A stretch of 64,000 nucleotides of DNA from Mobula hypostoma (Eukaryota): contig NC_086097.1 of assembly GCF_963921235.1 (NCBI RefSeq), positions 6,014,001-6,078,000 on the forward strand, read 5' to 3'. The position numbers and the translations under genes were made by a program. Below, one piece after another: positions 25,393 through 37,960 of the stretch (its first letter is position 1; every line of letters starts with the position of its first letter). The notes beneath the pieces are model-generated. The model was not told the origin of the DNA. It saw only the letters and a list, made by a program, of their open reading frames with translations, and searched no databases.

Positions 25393-27085
25393 ACCCGGCT
25401 TTAAAATATTTTGAATGGTTACGTTTTTCTTTGCTTCACAGAAGTCAGTAATCATTGACATGTACAAGATAGTGGGAGATGAAGACAAGCTAGAAGAAAG
25501 AGATTGGTTTTAAGGAACATTTAGAACAAGGAGAGATTTAGGGACTGATTTCCAGAGTTGCAAATAAGTTCCTCCAAGAGAACCACAAGCTTGTCATGGT
25601 TTGGAGTCTTGCCTGCCTCAATTCCCAAAGAGCTACATTGGCTGGAGTCAGGGTCCGAGCCAATCTGCACAGTTGCGGCATCACCTGTTTTCCCAAATAG
25701 CGGACCCCAATTTGTTGAGACCATTAGTCCCACTCAATCACTGGCCCGATCAGCCAGATCATCTACCTCATAATAGGCCTCCAGGCTATCCCAGACTTCC
25801 TAAGTCACTTCAGACACATAATACACAGAAAATGCCTTCAGGGCTTTTGGAGTGAAGGCAGATTTTGATAGATTCTTGATTGGTCAGGGTATGATGGGGT
25901 AAGGGAACAAGGCAGGAGACTGGGGCTGAGAGGAAAAATGGCTCAGCCATGAGGAAATGGCAGAGCAGATTCGATGCACCAAGCAACCTAATCTTGCTCC
26001 TGTATCTTATGCCCTTATGGTCTTAATGTTTTAGCTCCTGGTAAGATTACTCATGCCAAACAGGTCAAAGGGTAGAGGCCTGAACAAGAGTGGTCCACCA
26101 GTCCTCTGGGTTCAGGGGTTGAGCTTAGGGTTAGCAATCCTGATTGGTAAGGCAAAATTGTTATGAAAAAAGCCATGAAGATTCCTTCTACATCTGAGTG
26201 CAATAGTATTTTTGAATCTTCAGCTGGGACTTACATGACTAACAATAATGAAAACCAAGAGGAAGATATTGACATGATGAAGGAAGCCCTGAACACACCA
26301 AAGATGGAACAAGCTGCCAGTGTGGGTGATGGATGTGATTTCAATTTCAATGATTAAGAGAAATTTGGTTAGTTACATAGATGGGAGGGGTATGGACAGC
26401 CATGGTCTGGATGTAGTTTGATGGGACTGGGCAATTTAAATGGTTCAGCACAGACTAGATGGGCCAAAGCGCCCATTTCTGTGCTATGTTTTCTAAGACT
26501 CTATGGAGGACATTCATTGCTGTCGTAAATGCGAGAAGTGTAACAGGCAGTAAGCAAGGTAGCACTGTAAGTAAACAAGAAGTTGGAAGAACTCAGCAGG
26601 TCAGGCAGCATCTCAGATTGAGAGCTTCTTGATTATTGCTCCCAATTGCACCAACTGCAAACTTCTATGTCTCGAAATTCCAGAGTTTCTTGCCAGGGGA
26701 GCTAATTGGACAACCAGCCAAAGTGGACAATGGAAAATGGAACTGAATGTAATTTGAGTTCTCAAATCCTGCAGAAACCTTCAGAAGCACGGAAGAGTGG
26801 GGCATGGAAAGGTTTTGAAAACTGAGGAAATGCACAGTGAATAAACCTTGCATTTTATAATGCTCAGCCCAGGAATTGCCTATTGAAATCTTGGTACAAT
26901 TAATTTAGAAGAATTATAATTTCATCATTGGCCAAAGAGTGTCAGTCTTTCATATCTGTTCAATTTTATACAGCACATGATGTGAATGAGGAGAGCATGT
27001 GGAGATTTCAACAACAGATGAAATGTTCCCTTTTAAGCTTAGACATTTCTTTGAGCTTATACAGTTATGCTCATTTTTATTATTT

Positions 27086-27983
27086 TGTAGCCTGGGGAAA
27101 AGTACACACTCAGGACAACAAATACTTTTTCGGGTATTAATTCCTTTATCTGTTTCAGATGTTTTAGTGCCAGAAGAGGGTCTCAAAACAAAATGAATGA
27201 ATTTACAACCAGCTCCTGCTGTTCCAATCTCAGTTTAACTTTTGATCCACACCCTTGTGTATCGACCAATTGCATATGCAGAATAAAAATACATAAAGCA
27301 ATCCGCACAAAACTAATTTGGTAGTGGCAATTCTGAAGGAACACAATACAAACAACATTAGAATCCCACCAACCCTGTATCTTATACATAGCAGTGAAAA
27401 TGTAAGTGAATACATCTCATCTAAGACGTCTACTACTTATTAGCACACGCGTGCTGAACTTCCGAACAGAGACTAAACATTCACGTTACGCTGTTACATT
27501 CACAATCAGTCATGATACAATAAAGTTAGACAAAAGGTACACTTTGGCACAACTTTTACAAGATATTGCCTGGTAGTTAAATTACAGGAAGACTGACCTA
27601 CTTGGCCGGTAAGGAACTTTGCACAAGCCACGTTATCCAGCACCGATGTCTTCACTCGTGAAAATCTAAAGCATCCACATGTAAAATATGTCAAATTACC
27701 GATATTCTCATTCGCCAACAAGCATAAACGAACTCACATGGATATCGTTAATTAATACTCACCGCTCCTCACCATGCCCAGTATCTCTGGGAGGAACTTA
27801 ATCCCAAAGCCCCACAGGCATCTTTTGCAGAAAACAAAAATGGTCTCCCCACTATCCCCCGCATGCATAATGACATCACTGTCTCCACTTAAAGGCACAG
27901 ACAACTATTCTAGCATTACCCAGATGGATGCCTAAGTACACTTTTAACAATAATGAATGAGATTCGACGGTCACCCGGTTACA
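27086..27983 (-). repeat. 3' LTR
   Basis: TGTAGCCTGGGG...CACCCGGTTACA; direct repeat of 33564-34451. Confidence 0.95.
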
Positions 27984-27994
27984 TTCTCTCCTGC
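27984..27994 (-). promoter_or_regulatory. Polypurine tract
   Basis: Minus strand GCAGGAGAGAA immediately precedes the TGT of the 3' LTR. Confidence 0.75.
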
Positions 27995-28352
27995 ATTCAA
28001 GTATTCGTCCTCGATTACTCGCTCACTACAAGGGTGCTTTTAACCTCCTTAACTGCTTCCCTAAAGAGAACTGAACTGAGACTAGCCAGTATCTCAGACA
28101 CTGCTGCCGGACTTATGGAGACCTCATCAAGGACTGACCTAGGTTCGCGATGTGGGTTAGGGTGATGTCCAGCACTTACTCGTTTACTCCTGCAGCGTGC
28201 TGCTACAAGACGGCTACCAATCTCTGCCCCTGCATTAGCCGCTGTCGGCTCCCCATTCTCAGTTCCAAAAGGTGTCATATTTTTGGAAGATATGCTGTCT
28301 AGGCTAGGGTCAAGACTCTGTACACCCTGTTCTGACATATCTTCTACTACTA

Positions 28353-31300
28353 TCACACCATTCTCTGAATCCTCAGAATCTGATTCATGCCCCGGGGTGA
28401 GCTGGCCTGAGTTACTGGAGTTTGCAGTCTCCTTCGGGTAGCTGGAGTGAGATGGTTCTCACAGGGCCTAATGTCTACCCTGTTCACCCTCTTGCACAGC
28501 CCACCCTCCCAAGGTTCCACCATGTAGGTGTTACCCAGTACCTCTACCACCCTGTAGACAGTTGAGTTCCAAGCATCCTGGATCTTATTACGGCCTAATG
28601 GTCTGTTCCTCAAGTAAACCAACGCATCCACATCAACTTTGGGACAGTGCACTTTGTCCTCCTGCCAGGCAATGTGTTCTGCCGCCTTCTGTTCAGAGTA
28701 TTCTTTTGTTCTGGCATGCACATCCCTCAGTCGGCTCTGGTGTACAACTAGCCAGTCATGTTTCCAGTCCACTGTCTGTTCTTGCCCCAGCAGAGCATCC
28801 ACGGGCAAGTAGGGATCCACCCCAAACAACAGATAGTAAGGTGAATACCCGGTGGTGGTGTGAGGTGTCGCATTATATGCATACATCAACTCCAGTAGGC
28901 GTTCTGGCCATCTGCGCTTCTTTTTGGGAGGCAATGTATCCAACAAATCATGCATCGTCCTGTTGAAACGCTTGCACTGTGCGTTTCCAGTAGGATGATG
29001 AGGTGTGGTACAGCTTTACTTTACCCCGTATAGTTTGCAAAGCTCAGTTATGACCTCACTTTCAAAGTTACGGCCCTGGTCAGAATGCAATCTCTCAGGA
29101 ACACCGTACTTCATGAACCATTCCCTCAAGAGCACCTTTTGTATCCGCCTTTTGATCCCGAGTCGGAAATGCTTGGGTGAATTTAGTAAAAACATCTGTG
29201 ACCACTAAGACATTCTCATGCCTGTCAGTTGCCGGCTCCAACACAGTGAAATCTACCGCTACAATTTCAAGAGACCTAGAAGCTAGAAATGACTTCATGG
29301 GGGGACGGATACTAGGTTGTGGCATCTTAGTTAGTGCACAACGTGGACAATTTTTGATCCACCGTGCCACATCCTCGTGTATACCCACTCAAAAACATCA
29401 GCTTCTCAACAACTGCAGAGTACGGTCTATGCCTTGATGGCCCATAGAATCATGTACATACTCTAACACTTTGCTCCTCAAGCTGTTAGGTACCAGAAGC
29501 TGGTAACACTCCCCAAGCTTCTCATCTTCAACTACCCTATACAGTGACCCTTTACGCTCCCTGATACCGTCCCAGTGCCTTAACAGAGACAAAACAGGCT
29601 TAGGCAGAGTTTTACGCTCCTGGTCACTCAGCCTCCTTTTCTGATCCCATAAATCTCTTAGGACACCTAACACAGGGTCTTGCTGCTGAAAAGTATGTGA
29701 GTAACCTGGGAGGGTTGAGTGTTCCCTTGCGTCGGACCACTTACATCACTAGTACCAGCTTCTCAGGCTCGAATTTGCTTAACCCTACAGCTGTTAAGAC
29801 CAGCAGTAACCAGTGCCGGGTCAAGAGCAGTGCCGCGATTGACTAAACTACAGATCGCCGAAGGCCCATCAAACTCCGCATCTTCTGAGACAGGCTCAGG
29901 CTCCCCTGCTAGTGGCTGCCTAGAGAGTGCATCAGCCACGGTATTGCTACGACCCGGACGATACTGGACATCGAAGTCAAACACTGACAGCTGTGAGATC
30001 TATCTCTGCTCCACCGCTCCCAACTTGGCAGTTTTCAAGTGGGATAGGGGGTTATTGTCAGTGATTACAGTGAATTTGGAACCCAACAAACATCCACAAA
30101 ACTTCTCTACTACAGCCCACTTAAGTGCAAGCAACTCCAATTTCATGCTGCTATAATTCCTAGCATTCCTTTCAGCATTCCCTAATCGCCGGCTTGCATA
30201 TGCAATAACCCTCTTTCCTCTTCCCTGCTTTTGGTATAACACAGCTCCTAGCCCATGATTGCTGGCATCAGTCTCCACGATAAAGGGCTGGGAGAAATCG
30301 GCAAAGCCAAGGATGTGGGAAATGGTCAGTTTCTCTTTGAGCAAGTCAAAGGCAGTTTGACATTCTTCCGCCCAAGAATGTTCTAACAGCCGGTCTGTTT
30401 TACTTGGACTCCCTACATTTGTACACAAATTCACTACATCATGCAGTGGACCTGCAAATCTTTGAGAATCCCTGAATGAATCGTCGATAATAACTGCAAA
30501 AGCCAAGAAACGATCTTAAGTCTTTAACTGTCGATGGTACTGGCCACTGCTGAACAGCTGAGAACTTCTCAGGATCGGTGTCTATCCCCTTGGCTGATAT
30601 CTGGTGTCCTAAAAACTTGACCTCTGACTGGAGAAAATGACACTTCTCCAGTTTTACCTTCAGACCAGTCTCCTGGAGGCAGTTAAGCACAGTGTCGAGC
30701 CTCTCCAAGTGTTCCTGGAAAGTCTGTGAATACACCAGAATATCATCCAGGTACACAAGCATGATTTGGAAGATTAAGTCATTCATGCTTGCCTGCATGA
30801 ACCTTTGAAAAGTCATCAGCCCATTGCAGACTCCAAACGGCATGCGAAGATACTCATACAGACCAAACGGGGTCGAAAAAGCCTACCAGACTCCTCTACT
30901 GCCACTTGGTGGTAACCACTCGTGAGGTCTATTGTCGAGAAAAATTGCACTCCCAGCAGGGCATCCAAACTCTCATCAATACGCGGGAGCAGGAACACGT
31001 CCTTTCTGGTCTTAAGATTCAGTCGCTGATAATCTACACACAGTCTTATGCTACCACCAGCCTTCTGGACCAACACCACAGGTGAGGCATACGCAGTACT
31101 GCTCTCCTGAATCACACCCTTCCTCAACACCTTTGAGATGTGCTCTTTCACCTCATTGTACCGCTTCAGCGGAACGCGACGGTATGGCTGTGAAACAGGC
31201 TCGTCATCAATTAACTGACTTTCATGCTTGGCCTTGTCAGTGTACCCAAGGTCTTCCTTTTCAACTGCAAAGATATCCAGGTACGTAACCAGTAAAGATC

Positions 31301-31725
31301 TTAGCTGAGCTTGTTGTCCTTCACTGCCCCCAATATCGAGCTTGTCTGGAATTTACTTTAACTTGTGATTAGTACACTCCTCCTTTACACCCACTGTCAC
31401 GTGATCAATGCCAGCTGAGATCCGCTGAAATCTTACTGTACATTGTTGATCACTATCCATGCACTCCCCCTTTGACAGGATCCCAGCCGGGTCCTAGGTT
31501 CGAGCCATACATCCTCTCGAGAGAGGTTTAAAATCTGCACTGGCACTATACGATTACCAGAGTCAATGAGTGTAGGAATGACTACAATACCTCCTGATAA
31601 AGTGGTGTAAAGTGGCTCAAGTAACATTTTATGGTCACTACCAGCATCGTCAGTGTCCTTGCTAGCCGCAGTGGTGACAACAGATCCAGCAGGTATGTGC
31701 TCAGTGTCTTTTCCCAATACTCGAT
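28353..31725 (-). pseudogene. pol: Gypsy pol remnant (RT, RNase H, integrase), multiple frameshifts and stops
   Basis: [83 protein letters not shown]. Confidence 0.93.
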
Positions 31726-33231
31726 CTACTGCTTTCTTTTCAGTAGTGTGCATCTCACTTTCTGGAAAACATCTCTACAATCAGAGTCCAGCTTCCCTTC
31801 TAGGGTTGTGTCAAACTCTGCGTTATCAAGTTGCCTACACTGGCTGATAATGTTCATGCCTACAATACATGGGATAGGTGGTTTGGTGCTAACAGGATCC
31901 CTGACTGCTAGAAAGCTACAATTTGGTATCTTCATGCCCATTGCTTGAACCTCTAGCTCTAGATACCCAAGGTGAGGAATATCAAGACCGTTTGCAGCTG
32001 TTAGCCTAAGCCAGCCAGCAGTGGACAACATATCCTCATCCTCTCCATTCAAGTATTCTTGAAAGAACTGCTCAGTCAGGGTGCTTACCTGACTACCTGT
32101 GTACAAAATACAACAGACAGCGACACCTGATATTTCAAGCTCAACAACTGGACATGTCCCTATGGTGTGTTGCAGCAATTGGTCACGGGGTAGCTGTACA
32201 TTATCTGTATCTATGAGGTTTCGCCAAATTGCCCGACTCCCAACCTCTTGAGGGCGGGAGGATGCAGACTCCACTTCCCTTGCACCCCGTTTCTGTGGGC
32301 AATTCTTGGCCAAATGCCCTCCCACCTGACACTTGAGACATATTGGTTGCCCATCTTCTGTGAACATAGGCTGTAACTTATGTCTACTGCTAGTAGCGTG
32401 TGTAAAATCCCTCTGTACAGTGAGATATTTCCCTGCTTGAGTCAATTCACAAAGGGCTTTGCCCTGCTCTGCGACCACTTTAAGGACGTCATCTAGTGTG
32501 ACAGACTCAGATTCCCGAGCTTTAAGAATCGAGCACTGTGCTTGGCCACTGCTACACTTTGACTTTTTAGACCTTGTATTTCCCAGGGGCTCGTCTACGA
32601 GCCACAGACGAGCCTCCACCCTCACTTCTATCATTGAGGATTCAGGGTGGTCCCGCACGAATCTGTGGAGCTCCCTTCTGAGGGAAGGATCCCTGATCCC
32701 CTCTATAAATTGATCTCTTAGCACCACCCTCTCATTGGTCACAGCATCAGGGGAGTGCAAGTTAAGAGCTTGGGCTAGGGCATGTGAAAACTCTCTTACA
32801 TCTTCACCCTCACGCTGTTTGTGACTGTGGAAGCTATGCCACAGCTGGGGTGCTCTACGCTTGTCTCTAAAAGCTTCCCTGAGGTAGGTGAACAAGTCAT
32901 CAGCGTGGTCTTCCCCAGCATCCCTGCGCATACGTGCTTCCTCTAAGGCTGCACCCCTGAGCAGGGACATAACAAAGTCATATTGATCCTGGTCAGACTG
33001 ATTTCTACCATGAAGTGCACGTTGTACTTCTTCAATAAAGTCATCAACAGACCTCCCATCTTTCTCAACATCCCCTGTAAATGGAACAATGTGTCTTTCC
33101 CTTGGGACATATACGTAGGATATTTTGCTTAATTTGTCTATGGTTGCCATGACTTCATCATATCTACTGTGCAATTCCTTAATTTGTTCATTCAAATCAA
33201 GTTCAACTGGTGTGTCCTCTGAGTGTGACAT
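31726..33231 (-). CDS. gag: Gypsy gag (capsid plus CCHC zinc knuckle) continuing into aspartic protease; 501-aa open frame
   Basis: LRDQFIEG, CLKCQVGGHLAKNC knuckle; protease motif reads LYTGSQVS instead of LDTGS. Confidence 0.88.
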   Translation of the reverse strand: MSHSEDTPVELDLNEQIKELHSRYDEVMATIDKLSKISYVYVPRERHIVPFTGDVEKDGRSVDDFIEEVQRALHGRNQSDQDQYDFVMSLLRGAALEEARMRRDAGEDHADDLFTYLREAFRDKRRAPQLWHSFHSHKQREGEDVREFSHALAQALNLHSPDAVTNERVVLRDQFIEGIRDPSLRRELHRFVRDHPESSMIEVRVEARLWLVDEPLGNTRSKKSKCSSGQAQCSILKARESESVTLDDVLKVVAEQGKALCELTQAGKYLTVQRDFTHATSSRHKLQPMFTEDGQPICLKCQVGGHLAKNCPQKRGAREVESASSRPQEVGSRAIWRNLIDTDNVQLPRDQLLQHTIGTCPVVELEISGVAVCCILYTGSQVSTLTEQFFQEYLNGEDEDMLSTAGWLRLTAANGLDIPHLGYLELEVQAMGMKIPNCSFLAVRDPVSTKPPIPCIVGMNIISQCRQLDNAEFDTTLEGKLDSDCRDVFQKVRCTLLKRKQ

Positions 33232-33539
33232 AATAAAAGCTCAAGTCTTTAAAGTTTTCACGACAAGCCTGCAAAAGGAGTTGCGGCCATCCTTGGCTGA
33301 AAATGCAGTGGCTTCACGGCCTGCAGTTCCCTGGATCTACGTCTCCGTTCTGCATCCTGATGTCAGTCGCTGACGTCCCAGCCCATTCCCGAGGCTCTAC
33401 TGCGCTCTCCACGCGGCAACAGGCGCTCCTTCCTTCCGCCCGACGGGAACAGCGGTCCTGGTCTACACCACAACCGTATTGGGTATTGTATACTATACTG
33501 CATACAACAATCAAAGACCCTCCAAACTGGCTTGGAATT

Positions 33540-33558
33540 AACCCCACTCCTGGTGCCA
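33540..33558 (-). promoter_or_regulatory. Primer-binding site complementary to the tRNA-Leu(UAA) 3' end
   Basis: Plus strand AACCCCACTCCTGGTGCCA matches the vertebrate tRNA-Leu(TAA) end AACCCCACTCCTGGTACCA (recalled from memory) at 18/19; lies 5 nt from the 5' LTR. Confidence 0.85.
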
Positions 33559-33563
33559 AATTT

Positions 33564-34451
33564 TGTAGCCTGGGGAAAAGCACACACTCAGGACAACAAA
33601 GACTTTTTCGGGTTTTCATTCCTTTATCTGTTTTAGATGTTTTAGTGCCGGAAGAGGGTCTCAAAACGAAACGAACGAATTTACAACCAGTTCCTGCCAT
33701 TACAATCTCAGTTTAACTTTCAGTCTACACCCTTGTGTATCGACCAATTGTGTATGCAGAATAAAAATACATTAAGTAAACCACACAGAACTAATCCAGT
33801 AGTGGCAATTCTGAAGGAACACAATACAAACAACATTAGAATCCCACCAACCGTGTACCCTTATACATAGCAGCGAAAATGTAGGCAAATACATCTCATC
33901 TAAGACGTCTGCTCCCTTTTAGTACACATGTGCTTAACTTCCAAACAGAGACTAAACACTGTTACATTCACAATCAGTCATGATACAATAAAGTTAGACA
34001 AACGGTGCACTTTGGCACAACTTTAACAAGATATTGCCTGGTAGTTAAATTACAGGAAGACTGACTTACTTGGCCAGTAAGGAACTTTGCACAAGCCACA
34101 CTATCCAGCGCCAGTGCCTTCACTCGTGAAAATCTAAAGCATCCACATGTAAACCATGTCAAATTACCGATATTCTCATTCGCCAACAAGCATAAATGAA
34201 TTCACATGGATATCGTTAATTAATACTCACCGTTCCTCACCACGCCCAGTATCTCTGGGAGGAACTTAATCCCAAAGCCCCACCAGCTTCTTCTGCAGGA
34301 AACAAAAATGGTCTCCCCACCATCCCGTGCGTGCGCAATAACATCACCGTCTCCACTTAAAGGCACAGACAACTATTCTAGCATTACCCGGATGGATGCC
34401 TAAGTACACTTTTAACAATAATGAATAAGATTCGACGGTCACCCGGTTATA
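33564..34451 (-). repeat. 5' LTR
   Basis: TGTAGCCTGGGG...CACCCGGTTATA; roughly 90% identical to the 3' LTR by eye. Confidence 0.95.
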
Positions 34452-34630
34452 ATTAAATAAGATTTAATTTTTAAAACTTAATTCTGGTAGCTCAAGAATG
34501 CCAGTGGGTACAGGACACTCTGAGAGGAGAGGATGGGCAGCCAGAGGTTACGGTCCACATACCTCCCATACCTAATACTCACAACACGCTGGAGGAACTT
34601 AGCAGGTCGGGCAGCATCCATGGAAAAGAT

Positions 34631-34668
34631 CAGTCGACGTTTCGGGCCGGAACCCTTCATCAGGACTG
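34631..34668 (-). ncRNA. Minimal type-I hammerhead ribozyme motif
   Basis: CAGUC-CUGAUGA-A-GGGU(UCCG)GCCC-GAAACGUC-GACUG; stems I and II pair and the core is intact. Confidence 0.8.
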
Positions 34669-34694
34669 TATAGGGCCTCTGCCCCTTCCCTCTA

Positions 34695-34732
34695 CGGTCC
34701 TGACGAAAGGTTCCGGCCCGAAACGTCGACCG
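34695..34732 (+). ncRNA. Minimal type-I hammerhead ribozyme motif
   Basis: CGGUC-CUGACGA-AAGGU(UCCG)GCCC-GAAACGUC-GACCG; predicted cleavage after C34727; one stem II mismatch. Confidence 0.72.
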
Positions 34733-34824
34733 ATCTTTTCCACGGATGCTGCCTGACTTGCTGAGTTCCTCCAGCGTGTTGTGAGTGTTGCTTTGACCCC
34801 AGCATCTGCAGATTATTTTGTGTT

Positions 34825-35340
34825 CCCATACCCAATAAAATGGCCACTGACTGTATGTATGTGGTCTTCTGCTGTTGAAGCCTATCCACTTCATGATTCA
34901 ACATGTTGTGCATTCGGAAATGCTCTTCTGCAAACTACTGTTGTAACACATGGTTACTTGAGTTGCTCTCGTTTTCCTGTCAGCTTGAAATAATCTGGCC
35001 ATTCTCCGTCAACCTCTCTCATTAGCAAGGTGTCTTTGCCCATAGAACAGCTGCTCACTGGATGTTTTCACAAAATTCTCTGTAAATTCTTGAGACTGAT
35101 ATGTGTGAAAATCTTATGAGTTCAGCAGTTTCTGAGATACTCAAACCACCCTCTATGGTACCAACAATCATTCTGCAGTCAAAGTCACTTGTATTACATT
35201 TCTTCCCCTTTCTGATGTTTGGTCTGAAAAGCAGCTGAACCTTTTAAGCATGCCTGTGCTTTTCATGCTTTGAGTTGCTGCCACAGGATTCACTGATTAG
35301 AGATCTGCATTAATGAGCAGGTGTACTTAATAAAGCACTG
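34825..35340. mobile_element. Tc1-like non-autonomous element (host of the 34578 insertion)
   Basis: AATAAAATGGCCACTGA and GAGCAGGTGTAC.TAATAAAG Tc1-type terminal motifs; no intact ORF. Confidence 0.5.
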
Positions 35341-35354
35341 CATTTAGGTGCCAG

Positions 35355-37929
35355 AAAGAATAATGAGCCAACACCCAGGTGTGTTAAGCAGGAGGGAAGG
35401 AACAGATGATATAATTGATGATCCATTTACATTAGCAGAAATGGTGAGAGCAATAAAGAGATCGAGACCAACCTCCCCAGGGAAAGATCTGATATGCTCT
35501 GTGATGCTAAAAAATCTAGGAGAAGGAGCACTCTTGAAGTTGCTGCATTTTTATAACAGAGTGTGGGAGGAGGGAAGATTACCAAATGCATGGAAAGAAG
35601 CAGTAGTAATTCCAATAAGGAAGCCTGGCAAGGATCTGTCAAAACCCAGTCACTACAGACCAATTGCATTAACATCAAGTATATGTAAGATAATGGAAAG
35701 GATGATAACAGAAAGGTTATCATATGAGCTTGAGAAAAGGGGTATGCTGGCAAGTTATCAGAGTGGTTTTAGAAAGGGAAGGAATTCCATGGACTCAGTG
35801 ATTATGTTAGAGACTGAAATAAGGAAGGCCCAGGCAAATAAAGAGTCAGTAGTGGCAGTGTTCTTTGACATTGAAAAAGCCTATGATATGATGTGGAAGG
35901 AAGGATTATTAATTAACTGCACAAGATGGGGGTTGGTGGGAGAGTTTTTAATTGGATTAAAGATTTTTTGTTTGGTAGAAAAATTCAAGTTCGGATTGGA
36001 TCAGAATTATCAAAACAGTACATAGTGGAAAATGGCACACCTCAAGGTAGTGTGATTATCCCGTTACTTTTCATCATTATGATCAATGATGTCTTCACAA
36101 AGGTACCAGTAGGTCACTGTTTGCCGATGATGGGGCCTTGTGGAAAAGAGGCAGGAACATGGACTATATAATCAGGAAACTACAAGAAGCAATTGATGAA
36201 GTGGTGGAGTGGGGTTATGATTGGGGATGTAGATTTTCAGTAGATAAAACTCAAACTGTATTTTTTACCAGGAAAAGGTTTGAGGTAGGGAAGAAGTTAA
36301 GGATGTGTGGGGTTGAATTAGAAAGGGTTGCATCATTTAAATTTCTGGGAGTTATATTTGATTCACGATTAACATGGGCAGACCATATCAGGAAAGTTGA
36401 GGAGAAATGTAAAAAAGTAATAAATGTGATGAGATGTTTGACTGGTAGGGAATAGGGAGCAAGTTGTTCAGCTTTGAAGAGAATGTATGTGGCTTTAGTG
36501 AGATCTGTATTGGATTATGGAAATATAGTATATGGATCAGCAGCTAGGTCTCTTATAAGGAAACTGGATGTGATTCAGGCTCAGGCCTTGAGAGTGTGCA
36601 GTGGGGCTTTTAAAACGTCACCAGTGTCAGCCCTACAGGTAGAAATGGGAATAATGCCTTTGGAACTAAGAAGGATGCAACTGATGGCAAACTACTGGGC
36701 TAACTTGCAGGGGCACAATGATTCTCACCCTACTAAAGGAGTGTTGCAGGAGTGCTGGGAAAATGGGAGGTTTCAGAGGGATACCTTTAGTCGGGCAGGG
36801 AATGATATCGCGAAAGAATGTGGAGTGTTTGATCTGAGGATAAGTTCTTCAGTAGTTTATCTGGTTGTAGCTCCATGGAAGCTTGTATGGCCTGACATAG
36901 ACTGGCATTTGTTAGAGGTAAAAAGGAAAGAAAGATATAAAACAGATTTGGTAAATGCATTTAACTGTCATGTGATGGAAAAGTATAGTGATTATACTCA
37001 CATTTATACGGATGGTGCGAAGGAACCTGAAACAGGAGTGACAGGGTTTGGGGTGGTAATACCAGCAAAAGAAATTGGAATCAGCAGAAGAACATCTAAT
37101 AAGTTAGGGGTGTTTACAGTGGAGATGCTGGCAGTGTTGGTTGCGTTGCAATGGGTGCAGAAAGCCAGACAAGCCAAAGCATTGATATGTTCAGATTCAT
37201 CCTCAGTTCTAGCAAGTTTAAGGTCTTTTCACACAAGCAGTTGGCAAGATGTACTTTATGAAGTCCTTCAGTTAGTTACAAGAATTGCAAATCAGGGAGG
37301 TCAGGTAAAATTTCTATGGGTTCCAGCACATGTAGGGGTGAAGGGGAATGAGAGGGTGGATGAGTTGGCAAAGAGGGCGTTAAAGAAAGAAAATGTGGAA
37401 AGAAAATGTGGAAATGCACATTAGTACCAGGAAAGCAGAGGTTAAGTGTGTAATCTGGGAAAAAATCAACCGAATGTGGCAAGAAAGTTGGGACAGGGAG
37501 GGGAAAGGGAGGCATTTATATCAAATACAAAAGAGTGTTGCAGTTACTAGGGTAGGTAATGGAAACAGAAGAGAGGAAATTGTGTGGACTAGGTTAAGGC
37601 TGGGGCACTGTGCATTAAACAAAACATTGAAAATGATAGGGAAACGCCAGACAGGATTGTGTGAGGAATGTCAGGAAGAGGAGTCAGTAGAACATGTAGT
37701 TTTGTGTTGCAGGAAGTATGGGATACAGAGAGAGATGACGAGAAATAAATTAAGGGAGTTGGGGATGCAGGAATTTACATTAAAAGGGTTGCTGGGCATG
37801 GGTGAGAGAGCACAAGTCCGGGTATTTTTGGCGTTTTTAAGGGGTACAGGGGTTTTTTATAGAATATGAAGAATAAACAGGAATAGGATACTAGGATGGT
37901 CAAAGATGGGAGGGTGAAGTGTAGGTTTG

Positions 37930-37960
<31 letters not shown>

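Larger units (their letters stand above)
27086..34451 (-). mobile_element. Full-length Ty3/Gypsy LTR retrotransposon, inactive
   Basis: Two ~0.9 kb direct LTRs, PBS, PPT and gag-PR-RT-RNaseH-IN order on the minus strand; flanks ATTT/ATTA (imperfect 4-bp TSD). Confidence 0.97.
34578..34823 (+). mobile_element. Palindromic Penelope-type mini-retroposon (subfamily B)
   Basis: Inverted arms ~34578-34671 and ~34692-34785, then a ~38-nt tail; TSD TCCCATACCTAATA / TCCCATACCCAATA. Confidence 0.85.

Noticed and set aside
25395..25489. Minus-strand exon candidate (LSSSPTILYMSMITDFCEAKKNVTIQNILKP)
   Set aside because: The GTAAGT donor overlaps the tail of the adjacent repeat, and the peptide is unrecognised.
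28015..28356. env-like extra ORF in the Gypsy element
   Set aside because: Low-complexity frameshifted continuation of the integrase tail; no signal peptide or transmembrane segment.
34578..34823. MITE or pre-miRNA interpretation of the palindromes
   Set aside because: Asymmetric tail, variable 5' ends and 13-14 bp TSDs fit retroposition; arms are too long and multi-copy for a miRNA call.
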